From: Phoronis australis | Taxonomy: Eukaryota > Animalia > Phoronida | Direction: 5' to 3' | DNA length: 64,000 nucleotides | NCBI GenBank assembly: GCA_002633005.1 | Contig: NMRA01000595.1 | Location: forward strand, 1-64,000 | In this document: positions 38,801 to 50,800 of the stretch, one piece after another | Layout: the number at the start of each line of letters is the position of its first letter | Numbering within the stretch: the stretch's first letter is position 1 | The notes under the pieces: generated by a model | Told to the model about the DNA's origin: nothing | The model's database searches: none | The model's input: the letters and a program-made list of their open reading frames with translations, nothing else | Made by a program: the position numbers and the translations under genes

Positions 38801-41800
38801 TCTGGGATTGACAGTTAGGCACTTGAACTCAGGGTAATAGACATTTATCACAAGTTTGTGAGTTCAAACAAACCCAGAGTAGGGAATGGCAAAACTAATT
38901 TCATGTTCAATTTCCAATCAAAGGATTAGACCACCGGCCAGAACTCCATTCAGGGTTGTCCAGGCGTGTATATGTGATCTTGTTTGCATGGAAAAAAATT
39001 AAATCATATCGAGTGATCTTTTGTTGAAATGTTGAAGACAGTTACTCTTCTTATGCGATTTAGTTGACTTTTATGCTTTTTGTATTCACCGTTTAAGTCT
39101 TTGCAACAAAATTGTGGGTGGACTGGTGGAGGCCTTCCCCTCCCCTCCTGTTGCCAACTTGAGGATTTTAGGAGTGATGCGAATATTTTGTGTGTTTACC
39201 TCTTCCCCTTGCAAAGTCCTTGATTCGCCAGCGAAAGTATACCTGTCTTCTTTTCATAAGTTGCAAAATAGTTCTGTACATATTTTGTGGTGTTTGCCTT
39301 TTCTCTGGTTTCGAAAGGTGTCATTTTGTGGATACATGATTATGCCCTGAGGCCTGCTGTTTGGAGGAGTTCCTTAAAGTAGACACCAGATGTCATATTG
39401 TACCAACCAATCTACTGTAATTCTCCACTTTTTATACAGCAATAGTTACTTTCAAATTTGTTGTAAATAATGGAAACTAGTGATTATTGTGTTATGATAG
39501 CTGGACAATACAAAGCAAGTCATTGAGGGATTAAAATTTTCTTCGGTAATCTCTGCTTTTGTAAAGAAATTCGATAAAATAAACTTCACATGTCTACCGG
39601 CCCATGATTGAATGTTGTGTGTGTTTAAGAGATGGTGACAGAGCAAGATATTGGTAGTTTACCAACACAGTATTTCAAAACTGGTATTGTAAATATTGAG
39701 AAAACAATACATTACATGTATGCATTAAATACAGTGAAATATCACCTATTTAGGACACAAAGTGACCGTGGAAAATATCTAGAACCAAAATTACGCTTTT
39801 CCATTCTCAAGTTCTGTGACTTTGAAAGATATCTGGCTCTAAAATGATGCATTGTCCGAAATTGATGTTTTTTATAATTGAGCCTTCTCATAAGTAGGCT
39901 TAGCGCATGAATTTCTTCCTTTGCTCATCATGTTAGTGCCGGGTAATCCCCACGGTGATAAATTCGAAGAACTCAACTATCAGGGGTGGGCGTTCTGACG
40001 ATCGGTGTTTAAAATTTATGAAGTCCTGTTGGGCGTTAACCTCAACTCCCAATGCATTTGAAGTTATACACCTGAGGTGTATTGTGGGTAACCCACGTTA
40101 CACGCTATCTTCAATTAGATGCAGCGCCACCTACATCAATCCAACGTCCAAACTCCTTAGCAGTGGTGAACATAAAAGACTCCATTCATGATTATGTCAC
40201 TTTTAAGTTGAAGGTAAATTTTACACTAAAATTCCGGATTTCCGTGGTAATATGTAGAACATAGCTGTTAACATAATGAGAATTCATGTGACACTTAACT
40301 GTGTTAGCTATGTGTCATGTCATCCCATCATTACTATTGTATGGTGTGGTGTACAAATATTAAGTGTCAGATCAAATATCAGGAGTGGGAAACAATGGTG
40401 ATGTCATAAAGTATGCATAAACATTTAATGATCTCGTTAAATACGTGTTCAAGTTAGGACAGAGCTTTTCGTATCTTAGAAGTGGCTGATCAAATTGGTA
40501 TGTAATTTTCAAATAGTGTGCTTTACGCCATTAGGAATTGTTTTTAAAAGGTTCTACTTTTGCACGAGGGACTATAAAAATAGGACTTTTATGAAAAAAT
40601 AAAAAATGCCTAAAATGAAAACAATGATGATTTAGAAAACCGTAACTGTGTTTTTTAGATTTTATCTTCAGCATTTGAATCAACTGAAAATAAGTTTTTG
40701 ATACTAATGTACCTTTCTTTTTAACTTAAATATTAATTAAAAAGACCTGTTCATGTGACCCAGCTGATGGCATTTTTCAAGTAAACAGTAAAAAGTATAA
40801 TTACACAGTTTTTCTACTTTCAGAAAACGTACTATTACTGAAATAAGTTATGCTATACACAGACTTGTGGTACTTGACGACATAACTTTTAGCTATTAAT
40901 TACTAGTATTAATCATAGGGTTCCGGTAAGATATAAAGTGCTTGCATTTTGAAAACCAGTTTTGTCCACTGAATAACATGCTTCAAACTGGTTCTCAAAA
41001 TGAGGGCACGCCACTCATTGTACACCTTGATGGTCCTTAGTGACGGAATTAAATATAAGACCATGTTCAATTATCTTTAGTTTTAGATTGTTTTCTTTCT
41101 CCAAAATTTGGACTCCTGTTCATTTGGGAACAAATAATGTTTGGTTATTATGCTAAAGTTTCACCAATTTAAGACAGTCATTTTGTTGCGAACAAGTGAT
41201 TTTTTACATTTTTTTTCAAAAAGATTTGTTTAGTGGCACCAAATAAGTGCTTTACTGTTTTTTAGTTCTACACCTTAGCTACTGTACTATCAGACAGTTC
41301 TTTGAGAAGCTGTGGGCTTTTACTAAAATGTTAAAAAGTCCTTTAAAAATAAAAAATATCAATTTTAGCAATTGTTTTGTTGGTGTATAAACTGATAGGC
41401 TCTTGTCGCAAAATAAAACCGAAAGAGCATTTTGTGTCCATGGTAACAGTTGATTGATTTCGCACATTGAATGATTTATTACTATTCAATTATTCCAGAG
41501 AGCAGTAATTAAGTAAGCTGTCATTAATATAAGTTACGTAATGATGAAGTAATACCCAAGTCCTTAATAAAATGTCACATTTTTGTGACAAAATTTTGCA
41601 GAAATCTCATTCATTGTATTCATTGAAACCAATGTTCTTAAACACAAGTTCCGTTTTGGAGAAGTAAATTTTTTTTCGTTCTGTAGGTGATCAAGTCAGC
41701 ACGGAAACTTGAACTTGTGGTCCGCCATGTTGGCCGGGTGCCTGGATCCTCATTCGCTCACCAGACGTACTCATGGGTGGATCCTGAGGGCCGGTCTGTG

Positions 41801-44800
41801 TCTCCTCCCCCAGAGGTGGATTCTACGGGGCGGTATGAGCTGCATGGGCGGAGTAAGAGTGGATTGATGCTGCTGAAGGACAGTGACGAGCGCAAGGTGA
41901 GTGGAGGGGCGGAGCTTCTTGCCTTATAAGTGGATGTAAACCTGCCTTCCATTATATGTTGATCTAGACCAATTACTGTTTTGAAATTAGTTTCAAATTG
42001 TTCTTTAGAAAATTTAAATTAGACGTGATGCGAAAGCTTTGAAAGAAATTGCAGCTCGTTATAGCACCATGCTCTACAAGTTGGCTGGTCGTCGTGTGTC
42101 ATTTTATCTACTGAGCTGTCTGTTCTTCGCGAGCCCACAAATCATCTGAATAAGGAACAAGTTGAAACCATTCTNAGGTCGCATTTTGCGACTTTATACG
42201 AGCTGACAAAAATCTCAGCTCGCATTTTCAAATTTCAGGTCGCAAATGCGACCTGCAGCTCGTTATGTCGAGCCCTGCTATTGTATGGTGTCGTGTACAA
42301 ATATTAAGTGTCAGATCAAATATCAGGAGTGGGAAACAATGGTGATGTCATAAAGTATGCATAAACATTTAATGATCTCGGTAAATACGTGTTCAAGTTA
42401 GGACAGAGCTTTTCGCATCTTAGAAGTGGCTGATCAAATTCGTATGTAATTTTCAAATAGTGTGCTTTACGCCATTAGGAATTTTTAAAAGGTTCCACTT
42501 TTGCACGAGGGACTATAAAAGTAGGACTTAAATGAAAAAATAAAAAATGCCTAAAACGAAAACAATGATAATTTAGAAAACCGTAACTGTGTTTTTTAGA
42601 TTTTATCTTCAGCATTTGAATCAACTGAAAATAAGTTTTTCATACTAATGTACCTTTCTTTTTAACTTAAATATTAACTAAAAAGACCTGTTCATGTGAC
42701 CCAGCTGATGGCATTTTTCAAGTAAACAGTAAAAAGTATAATTACACAGGTTTTCTACTTTCAGAAAACGTACTATTACTGAATTAAATTATGCTAACAC
42801 ACGGACTTGTGGTACTTGACGACGTAACTTTTAGCTATTAATTACTAGTACTAATCATAGGGTACTGGTCAGATATAACGTGCTTGCATTTTGAAACCAG
42901 GTTTGTCCACTGAATAACATGCTTCAAACTGGTTCTCAAAATGAGGGCACGCCACTCATTGTACACCTTGGTGGTCCTTAGTGAAGGAATTAAATTCAAG
43001 ACCATGCTCAATTATCTTTAATTTTAGATTGTTCTCTTTCTCCACAATTTGGACTCCTGTTCATTTGGGAACAAATAATGTTTGGTTGTTATGCTAAAGT
43101 CTCACCAATTTAAGACAAGTCATTTTGTTGCGAAGAAGTGATTTTTTACATTTTTTTTTTCAAAAATATTTGTTTAGTGGCACCAAATAATTGCTTTGTT
43201 TTTTAGTTCTACACCTTAGCTACTGTACTATCAGACATTTCTTTGATAAGCTGTGGGCTTTTACTAAAATGTTAAAAAGTCCTTGAAAAATAAAAAATAT
43301 CAATTTTAGCAATTGTTTTGTTGGTGTATAAACTGATAGGCTCTTGTTGCAAAATAAAACCGAAAGAGCATTTTGTGTCTATGGTAACAGTTGATTGATT
43401 TCGCACATTGAATGATTTATTACTATTCAATTATTCCAGAGAGCAATAATTAAGTAAGCTGTCATTAATATAAGTGATGTAATGATGAGGTAATACCCAA
43501 GTCCGTAATAAAAATGTGATGTCACATTTTTGTGACAAAATTTTGCAGAAATCTCATTCATTGTATTCATTGAAACCAATGTTCTTAAACACAAATTCCG
43601 TTAGGAGAAGTAAATTTTTTTTCGTTCTGTAGGTGATCAAGTCGGCGCGGAAACTTGAACTTGTGGTCCGCCATGTTGGCCGGGTGCCTGGATCCTCATT
43701 CGCTCACCAGACGTACTCATGGGTGGATCCTGAGGGCCGGTCTGTGTCTCCTCCTCCAGAGGTGGATTCTACTGGGCGGTATGAGCTGCATGGGCGGAGC
43801 AAGAGTGGATTGATGCTGCTGAAGGACAGTGACGAGCGCAAGGTGAGTGAAGGGGCGGAGCTTGCTGCCTTATAAGTGGGTGTTAACCCGCCTTCCATTA
43901 TATGTTGATGTAGACCACTTACCGTTTTGAAATTAGTTTCAAATTGTTCTTTAGAAAATTTAAATTAGACGTGATGCGAAAGCTTTGAAAGAAATTGCAG
44001 CTCGTTATAGCACCATGCTCTACAAGTTGGCTGGTCGTCGTGTGTCATTTTATCTACTGAGCTGTCTGTTCTTCGCGAGCCCACAAATCATCTGAATAAG
44101 GAACAAGTTGAAACCATTCTCAGTCAAAAGTTCCGTTCTTGGACAGAATGCGTTGGTATAGCAATTAAAACAAATTTCAGTACTGCATCGGTGTGTTTCA
44201 AGATATTGAAATTTAAATTTGAGAATGCTTGCATTTGATTACAGAGTTTGGATGCTTTGGAGTTGCGTAACAGAATCTTTTTGTTGAATAATGTACCTGT
44301 GTTTTAGTCAATAGGTTTTGTCCAAGGCTGTAGCTTTGCATCACAGGACACAAAAAGGAACACTGAGGAATGAATGTCATCTGGAATGCACATTTGTAGT
44401 TGGTTGTAAGAAATGTATCTTTGAAATGAAACCAAGAGAATTCGTCTGCTCTTATTAAACTCAAAAGAGAGTGGAAAATAAAAAGTCCTTTGATTCGTTG
44501 AAAATAAAATTTTTTATCTACAATATCTATTTTTAATTTTTTTTCGCGCAGTTTTATGGACTCGAAAGCATAAAAATTAACCTAAAATTTTGTGTGACAG
44601 TTCAATAGAACCTTTATCTTGTAATTATGTTGTGAACACTCAGTAATGTGGATGCCTTGCTGGAATATGGTTTAATGAATGCTACGACTTCTCAGGATAA
44701 ATTGAGCTCTTTCTTGATTTTAGGTCAACTGTGTTGTTGATGAAGGTCGCAGCCTCGGTCTGATGATACGGGGTGGTACAGAGTTTGGTCTTGGTGTCTA

Positions 44801-47800
44801 CATTACAGGAGTTGATGCCTATTCTGTTGCAGAGAATGCTGGTTTGAAGGTACGTTCCTGAGGGTGTGAGATCAGTTGTATGAAGGTTTGTAACTTGGTC
44901 TGATATGTTGCAATACTGCTGACTGGAAATTTGACACTGGACAAGTGTTTCTAATAAACCTCGCCTTACCTAAAACCACAGGCTGTGTTTGTGGTCCAGT
45001 CAAGTTACTGTTAATATCCTATAATGTTCAGGGAATTTCTTCTTAGCGGCGCCCTGTAGTGGTCAGGCACAAATTTGTTTGTTGTCCACGCGTTTGATTG
45101 CTGACAACCAGCTAGTTTAGACTTACTAAGTCTTCAGCAGCCAGTAACGATTTATTTGTTCCTCCTTGAAGTGTACAAATCCCTTCTAAAGGTTAACTGA
45201 GACCATTTTTACNNNNNNNNNNNNNNNNNNNNNNNNNNNNNNNNNNNNNNNNNNNNNNNNNNNNNNNNNNNNNNNNNNNNNNNNNNNNNNNNNNNNNNNN
45301 NNNNNNNNNNNNNNNNNNNNNNNNNNNNNNNNNNNNNNNNNNNNNNNNNNNNNNNNNNNNNNNNNNNNNNNNNNNNNNNNNNNNNNNNNNNNNNNNNNNN
45401 NNNNNNNNNNNNNNNNNNNNNNNNNNNNNNGGGTGCATTCACTTAAGGCAGTTCTTTGTGAATCTCGCAAAATCACGTTAGTCTAAGACGATCTTTGCAT
45501 TGGCTAAGAACACAACAACCAATCAAACTCTTTGCTTTGTGGAAATAAACGTTACAGGCACCTCTTTGCAAGTCAAATTTTCTCGTTGCCAGTTACTTGC
45601 GTATGGCTTGTGGAACTCAGTGCATCGTTGTGTTTAGGTGTTACAGGGATATTCCTGACCAGGTTTGAACGTGTGCTCTTAGGGCGCACCTGGTGATAAA
45701 AAGTGTGCCCAGCAGACTTAGTGTAATTAAAGTGGTAACATATGAAACAGAAATCCCAAGGGCAATCGAAATAAGTCGTGTTTTACCCAACTGTCTTCAC
45801 TAGGTTGACTAGAATCTTGCATTTTTTGAAGAGAGTTGCGTTTTTAAAAGATATGCCGAGGGGCACACTTCTGCCACGTACTTGCGCCTTTTTTTTATTT
45901 TTTTACGCCCTTGTAGTGCAAAGGCGCAGTCCAGGAATATCCCTGGTGTCAAAAGATTTGTGTGGTATTGGTTTTTGATGCGGCTGTTGTTTTCATGCTT
46001 ATTGGCACTGCCTTCTCTCTCTCTCTTTGTGTTTGAAGTGGGTACAGCTTGAGTGGAAGAAAGAAGAGGTTTGTGTTGCAGATATGATGCTTTACGAATC
46101 ACTAACTTCCATTTATTAGTTGTCACGCACAGTTGTGGTTTTAGCACTAACGTATTATTTTTTGAATCATGCTTTGTTTACGTTACGGATTATAATTTTA
46201 ATGCTTAAGGTTGTTAGGATCCCAGAAAAAAATCTAAATTTGGTTATTTTTTTAACGTCAGGTCACAAAAATGACGGATCAGATTCATGTGAAACTTTTA
46301 GATGGTATGCTGTATAAGCTGGTCGGGACTGTTTTTAAAATGTTTCACTTTTACTAAAGGGGCTATCTAAACATAGGAAAACTCCAAAGTTGAATAAAAT
46401 GAAAAGAAACGATCATTTTAAAACTTAGCATTTTTTTGAAATATCATTTTAAACATGTTTTATTTATGGAATTTGGTAAGTGTTGTTGATACCATTTTTG
46501 CTATGAATGTGCCTTTATTTTTGACTTGGTTTCATGGAAAAGACATTGCACATGACCTAGTTAAGAGGAAATTGAATTAAATTTGCAAACTTTTTACTTT
46601 CAGAATGCTCTCACCAAGTTAAGATTGTGTAGTTTTGTGTAGATCTAGCTGACTACACATAGTAGTCCATAAGGTCCTGTTTAACCTAAGTGCATGCATA
46701 GTACATTGATCAGACAAATTCATTTCCTCATCCTGACCCATCACAACCCAGCGTTATAGCTACGCTGATGGTGAATTCCGCCTGTATTGAACCATTGATG
46801 GGAAATTCCGAGGGCACTTTGCGCGATTGTTTTTGGGATGTATAGTACTTTCAGAAAGATTGTCAAGAATTACTGCTACACGATAAGTAAATGTTGTTTT
46901 CAAGTGCTCATTGAGTCAGCTTTTGTGATGTTTAATGTGCTGAGACAAAGAATACATAATATCACATAAGCTGACTAAAACAGCACACGAAACACTCTTT
47001 CTTAATTAATGTTTGCGACGAAAGTTAATGCAAGTATAAATTATTTGTGGTAGTTGAATTAGAGGGATATGGGTTGGCTGGGGACATGGAGTGAGAAGGT
47101 GATAAGGGAATTGAATAATTTACTGCTGCTGACAAGCTGATTATTTGATAAAGTTCCATGGTGGAGTGTAATGAAAGTTGATACGTGATAATATCGTTAT
47201 CATCATGCCATTATACATTGTATTGCAACTGAACAAAGCTTTTGCTATGTCAGTAATCGTATTAAGTAGCAGTTTCTGAAAGCACCTGCAGGTGGTTCTA
47301 CGTCAACCATCACAGATTTTTCTGACACTTTATGAGGGCTTGGGCTACCCATTACTGTGTACTAAGTCACCTATGATTTTTCTGACAAGCCTCGTTTTCA
47401 TGCTTATATTGCAAAAAAGTCATTTTCGACACTTATTTCAGTAAAACTGTCAACTTTCCAAGACTATTAAGACATCTTAAACGTTAGGAATAACTATAAC
47501 TTTTTCTATGAATGCTTCTAAACTTAAGGTCCAGAAACACATTTTATGTTTAAGATAGAGATTTTAGTAGTTAAGTACTGGCATTTCAAAAATTAAGAAT
47601 CTTTGTAAATTTTCAACAAATGGGCTGATTTTGGCCATTTTTAATCAGACAGTGAGCAAAGGATATAGCATTGTGTAAATATGAAACCACTGTGATTTGA
47701 TAGCATTGGGCTAGTTTAGTACATGAAGTCAAAAGTTTGGTCTTTTGTCCTCTTAGCAGTTAGCATGTAATTTTATTGTCACTGAGTATACCTTGCACTA

Positions 47801-50800
47801 TTTGGGTACTCAGATACACTGATTACTCAGCAGTTTTATAAATAGATGCACTAAAACATCACTATTTGTATACGGAAAGTGGTTTTGAAAATATTTTTTC
47901 AATTTAGGTTTTGAAACATCTGAAGCGCAAGAAGGGGGATTGGGTAGTTGGGGGGGGGAGCGGCACGAACCAACATACCCCGATTTTTCTATGTAATCTG
48001 GTGACAACATTCACTTCAAATTGGTAGTGATAGGACAGTAACATGAAGTGCTTGGTACGAGAGTGAAAGTGGTGATCATTGTGGAGGTTCTGGGGGGTGG
48101 ATAGTACGAGAGTGAAAGTGGTGATCATTGTGGAAGTTTTTTTTTTGGGGGGGGGGGGGGCGANCTGTGAAGTCAACACAGTGTGAACTCAGATTAGTCT
48201 GCACTATATCCAGAGTGTAGCATGTAAGTATGGATGGATAGATGTGATGGGATGGAAGGATGGATTTGATTTTGGTATCCTTATAATTAAAGGCTAGCTT
48301 TCAACAGACAGGTCCAGAAACTAACCAAACTTCATTGTTTATGCACTGACAGTGACGATTGAAAAGGGTGCCACAGGTGGTACCAGGTGGCACCACTGAT
48401 CTCAGACCTTCCATCAAATTTGTAAATCTTACCCATTTATTTTTATGTAATACGCGGTTTCTAATTATTTGGTTGATAAAGTTTTGTTTTCAACTTTAGT
48501 TATTTTTACAATAGCAGTACCAGTACTTAAATAGCACTTTGCAGTTTTAGAATTGTGTACACACGATTATGTTCATGATGTCCTGTCTACGTTTTTGAGT
48601 GTAATCGATTGTAGCGACCTCTGGTGTTTGCTTGGTAGCGTTTTGCTTGGTGTTTTGTCTGCTTTATTTCAACAGGAGTTATAATTTTAGAATCGTGTTC
48701 CTGCAGTTGTTGATGCTTGTATTTTGCTATTTTGCTTGCTCCACTGATTTCAGCACTGGAAAGTTTTCTTGTTTAAATAATCTGTTTGCAGTGTATATAA
48801 TGCTCTAGTGCTTGGATCAGAATTTGCTCATCTAGGCGAGGCAGTTGGCCGCTGCTTGTGAATTTTAACCTCTGGGATTAAATTAGAAGTTTCTGTTAAG
48901 ATTTTCGAGACCGTAGAAAAAATTCCATAACATCAAAATGTCAAGAACATTAGATCTCAGAGAAAGTTGATCGGATTCAAGTAAACTTTACAGATACCCC
49001 AAAACTCTGTCAGGAACTGTTTTTAAATTGTTCCACTTTGGCATGAGGGGCTATCCAAAATGGGATTTTTGCTATTCCTTATGAAAAAATTTCTCGATAT
49101 TTTGGGCACATGGGCAACTTGTTGATGAGGTCCAGCTAGCAACCTTGACAAAAAATTATTAGGAGTCTGTTCAGAGAAATAAAAGGAAAGAAAAAGGATT
49201 TTTAGAACCCTTGTCTTTCATTTTATTAATTAACTAATTACTTTCATTCTTTGTGATTTGCGCCACTTGTACATCACTTATGAAAGAAGAAACTTTTATC
49301 CCACTCTACTACAGTAATTAGAATTAGTTTTTGGTTTTCAATTTAAATGCTATACTGGCTGATTTAGTCAACTTGGCATAGTATATTTGGTACGCCAGAC
49401 ATCTGTATGGCAATTGGAAACAGAAATTTGTTAGCAAAAAGTGTTTTGAAAACTTTTTTTAATTTGACAATTGGAGTAGAACATTTTTGAAGTTAATATA
49501 GGTCCACTGTCCATGTTGTGCATCCCACTTTTTCCACATGTCTTGTAAATATGTTTTGACTCCATTCTTTTTTATACTACATTTTTAAGCCCTATATTCA
49601 TTTAAAATAATTGTAAAATTCTCCGTTTAATTTTCAAACCTGTTATCAACTGGCTGAGAATAAGATGCTTTAAGAGATTACCTACTAGGCCTTGCGATAA
49701 ATACTAAGATCTGTTTTCTTGTGTTCATTGTACCAACAAGATATGCATGTCATTTTCAGGGTGACAATATCTGCTCAGGGTCCTGTGACAATCAATGACC
49801 AAATCGAGGCTCAGACGACTTTGAAGCGGCAAGGAAGCTACGACAGTATCAATACGGAGAGTTCGACAGGGGTGAGTGTCTCCATCTGTTGTCATGCGCG
49901 GTACTCATTCAGGTCCATGCACTGTGTGTTTGAATTTAGATGAACAAAAATGGAGGTTGGCTGTTGAACTAATTTAGGGGATTTGAATTTATTTTGAAAA
50001 GTCTTACGAGTGTTCAGTAAAATGTTGGTTTGAGTTGACTCCTGTTGCATTACTGCGGGGTTAGCTGAACGTTTAGTGTTCACCCAGATGAGCATATAGT
50101 TAATGATGGCAAAAATTGTAGTTTCGCTCCTTATTTTGGCCAATTTCCTCGATAAAGTAAAAAGTGTCGTAAAAATGTCGGTGGAAGCCGCATTGCTAGT
50201 ATCTTACAATTGACTTATTGTTTATTTTTGTTGGGAATTGTGACAAAATTAATATTATTCAGTTTTATGTGAAAGCAAAACGACTTCTACAAGATTCGGT
50301 TATTTTTTTCTGAACAATCATAAAGGAGATGATGTAACAGTAAGGCTTTGAAATGTTCTTGATATGTGCACTTTATTCAATATACTTCTGTCTCACTGGT
50401 TATCTTAGATGGTGATTGTCTGCATTAGTTTCTATGGTAACTCGAAGTTGCCTGAACAGTTTGTCAGACACTTCTATGTGAAACGTTTAATTGAATTTCA
50501 CTCATTGAAATGGGAAAATGTTAAAAAGTAAATTGAGTTTGTTGTGTGCCACCAAAACGGGTATTTAGTGCCATGCGTTGAATCGATTGTTCCGCGTTTT
50601 GCGCCAGCTTCGGTATGACCAAAATGAAGGCTATGTTGGATGTTGTTAGCAAGCCTGAATTTGGCCAAATATCTATAAAACTATTTAACTTGATAAAGTT
50701 TCTATTTTATGAGAGTAGAAAGCCTGTTGAGTTTCATTTCTGACTTTATACCCATTTACTATTAATCGGGTCATGTGACTGTGTCTTTTAATAAAATTTT

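Larger units (their letters stand above)
40334..44120. repeat. ~1.84-kb near-identical direct duplication (40334-42174 and 42278-44120) containing whirlin exon 2; probably uncollapsed haplotypes
   Basis: Colinear copies with scattered SNPs and indels, separated by a single N (42175) and a MITE end. Confidence 0.92.

Noticed and set aside
23854-41686. Nested protein-coding gene in the 17.8-kb whirlin intron 1
   Set aside because: The many 60-116 aa ORFs are composition-biased, lack motifs and do not form a consistent spliced chain.
45186-45476. ORFs spanning the N run
   Set aside because: Artefacts of translating through the assembly gap.
48055-48164. ~30-bp direct repeat with poly-T and poly-G before an N
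   Set aside because: It lies at a contig end and may be low-quality sequence; not interpretable.
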